From the NCBI RefSeq assembly GCF_001194135.2, contig NC_068982.1, positions 6,732,630-6,796,629 of the forward strand: 64,000 nt of DNA, read 5' to 3'. The notes beneath the pieces were generated by a model. That model did not search any database and had not been told where the DNA came from. It saw nothing but the letters and a program-made list of their open reading frames with translations. The stretch is from Octopus bimaculoides. Lineage: Eukaryota. The position numbers and the translations under genes were made by a program. This document shows, piece by piece, positions 61,186-64,000 of this stretch. Every line of letters begins with the position of its first letter. The first letter of the stretch is position 1.

Positions 61186-63589
61186 TTATATTTTATTCAT
61201 CTCTCCTGGAATCTACGCTTCGTAAATATCATAGACAGTATTTTTAATATTAAGTACGTGTCTGAATAGCTAAGAGTGGATTTCTTCACCCAGCTACGTC
61301 TTTTTATCTGCACACACTGCAAGAAGATCATGCAGCCAGCATTTATGCACCAAGTCTGATATTTACTTAATATTGTTGAGTATGCATGTTACTCAGGCCT
61401 TGTCTTATATATGTGTGTGTGTGTGTGTATGTGTGTGTGTGAGTGCATGTGTGTGTGTAAGGTAGTGAGATCCAAATGGTTGTGGTAAAAACAGATTTTA
61501 GCATAGACTAACTTGAATATTAGACACAAGTGGAGACAATATTCAGCCCATAAAGTTTATTAACCTATGAATCCATTATAGTTTATTGGTGAATAAACTA
61601 ATAAATTAGGCAGGAACTCCAAAGTCGGTGAATGAATGTTATAGAATAGGTAGTTATGCACTATATGTGTTTCAAAATGAACACTTGATGTATATTATGT
61701 AACTTTAAGGTACTACGTAATTATTCTGTGTTCTCTCTCATCAGGCACTTTGCTGTTATGAAATCACCAATAGAAACTGGGGAGAAAACTTGAACATTTC
61801 AACAGTCGAAAGAGGAGTGTAAATTGGAATTCGTCAAGCAGCCAGTCATGCTTCAGTAAGGTAGCATGAGTTGCGGTTTTAAGAGATTGGTTACTTATCT
61901 ATATAGATTTATGGTGTAACTTTAGATAGCTTTTAGGTGTTTAATATTTTCACTATATGCTTATAAAGCTGAAAAAAATTATGTAATAGGTAAATATATA
62001 AGTACATGAATACATGTATATCATACATATAACTGTATAATGATATAACATAATATATATTCTGTGATTTGAAGTGACAATTTTAAATACAAACAAATGA
62101 CCGAAAAATGATGAGATAACCCTAGCCAAAATCGAACCCACAAATCAACGCTTACCCGGCTTTTTGCGCATCCGATTGGGCCAAATGCTCACCCATCAAT
62201 TTTAACCAAATTTAATGAATATATACTTAAACTGTTTAATACTACATATAATATTTGTAAACAAAACAGAAAGGCTTTGTAAGTTAGGGAGAGAAATCTA
62301 CCGTGGAAGTCTCATAATATGATAACTGTATACGTATATATATCTATATATATATGTGTGGGTGTATGCATATGTGTGTGTGTGTGTATTCACTGTTATT
62401 GCTACTAGAACATTAATAACTTGTATAAAATGAACTTCTACATAGAACCTTCCAATATATACAGAAATGACACACACACACACACTCAACAAAACCTCTT
62501 TTCTAAAAAACACTTCCAGCTTTCTAGATACGGCTAATAGAGCTGATGCCACAAACAACGTATGTGGTGGAATATTTGCTTATAAAAACTTGTATATGCA
62601 CACATGAGAGTAAGGGGACATCTGAGTAAGGCTGTGCACACGAACCCACACATATAGATGTGCATTGGAGTACCTATAGCGATCTATCTATAATGTTTGT
62701 AGGCTTTTTGGGTGCCTTGTATTTCTAAGGGTTTTTTGACATANNNNNNNNNNNNNNNNNNNNNNNNNNNNNNNNNNNNNNNNNNNNNNNNNNNNNNNNN
62801 NNNNNNNNNNNNNNNNNNNNNNNNNNNNNNNNNNNNNNNNNNNNNNNNNNNNNNNNNNNNNNNNNNNNNNNNNNNNNNNNNNNNNNNNNNNNNNNNNNNN
62901 NNNNNNNNNNNNNNNNNNNNNNNNNNNNNNNNNNNNNNNNNNNNNNNNNNNNNNNNNNNNNNNNNNNNNNNNNNNNNNNNNNNNNNNNNNNNNNNNNNNN
63001 NNNNNNNNNNNNNNNNNNNNNNNNNNCCCATTTCAAAATGTCATCCGATAATCACTCCGGTAAGGAATATTCGGCTAGAATGGGGCCTGCCAAAACTAGG
63101 CCGTAACAGCTGTAAGATTAAACTTCTGTTCATCCTCTAATTCCTTATGTACTTTGTACTTCTATATGTAAACCATGTTGGCAAAATAACATAGTCTGCC
63201 ATGGACACCTGTGCTTTGGTTATTTCTTTCTTTTTCTTTTCTTCCTCTCTTTTGTCACTTTTGCTATGAATTAAATTAATGAATTCAACGGGATACACCG
63301 TCTGCAAGTAGTTGGGTTCAGCATATCATCCTCCATTTTCTAATTGTTATATAAATGTATATATGTGTGTGTATATAAATCAATGCAAATGAATATATTT
63401 GTGTATATATGTGTGTGCATATATGAGTTTATGTCTATGTAGGTGAGTATGTAATGGTTCAGAAAGCAAGTATTTCCAGTACAGCACTCGACCTAATCTC
63501 CTTCTTGAAGCTGAGTCTCATATTTCATGGCTACTTACAGCTGTTTCTGACCATTAAAGATGTGCTAAATTCTTTCTTAGCCTTTTTAC

Positions 63590-63886
63590 TAGAGTTTTCA
63601 TAGAGATGCTTGAAAGAGAAAGTTTACCATACAAAACTGGCAACAGTTAACAACATGAGAACATGAGAACAGCCATTGAACAAGACTGTGCATAAATATA
63701 GAAAGAAATGTTTCTTGATGTAAGCGATTCCATTACTTCATGTTATCAACAATGTCTGAACCAGAATGGTCGTCAGTGTGAAAACAGGAGTTCATAAAAA
63801 TATCGAATTTTATGTGCAGTCTTTATCAAAGTTTGAACTTGAAACGTATGTTTAATGTGTGCATGCATTTTTGGGACACCTTGTAC
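63590..63886 (+). mobile_element. Tc1/mariner 3' end with TIR
   Basis: EMFLDVSDSITSCYQQCLNQNGRQCE; ends tttttgggacaccttgta. Confidence 0.75.
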
Positions 63887-64000
63887 ACACACACACGCAT
63901 GCGCGCACATATGCACATGCATATCTATAATTATTTTTTGGAATAATGGATCTGGAAGTACATTATAGCTTTATGGGCACTTTGAGATCCACTATCCCCC

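Overview
AT-rich animal genomic DNA with many microsatellites and six assembly gaps. The repeat families suggest a coleoid cephalopod, probably Octopus (inferred from recognising the families; no search was run). No complete protein-coding gene or recognisable host gene is visible. The window is dominated by decayed transposons: RTE LINE fragments, a zinc-knuckle LINE ORF1, a HERO-like RLE fragment, Neptune/Penelope GIY-YIG fragments, mariner/Tc1/maT remnants, several MITE types and at least four tRNA-headed SINE families. The most notable signal is a ~270-bp element at 9 loci. It joins a Pol III tRNA-like head to a tail containing a minimal type I hammerhead ribozyme with a palindromic AACGTT stem III (dimer type). 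It inserts with Penelope-style inverted 5' copies and ~12-bp target-site duplications, making it a candidate Penelope-dependent, ribozyme-bearing SINE. A CpG-retaining zone at ~52-57 kb and a few phase-compatible minus-strand candidate exons hint that much of the window is intronic sequence of an unidentified gene (low confidence). Coordinates of degraded repeats are approximate.
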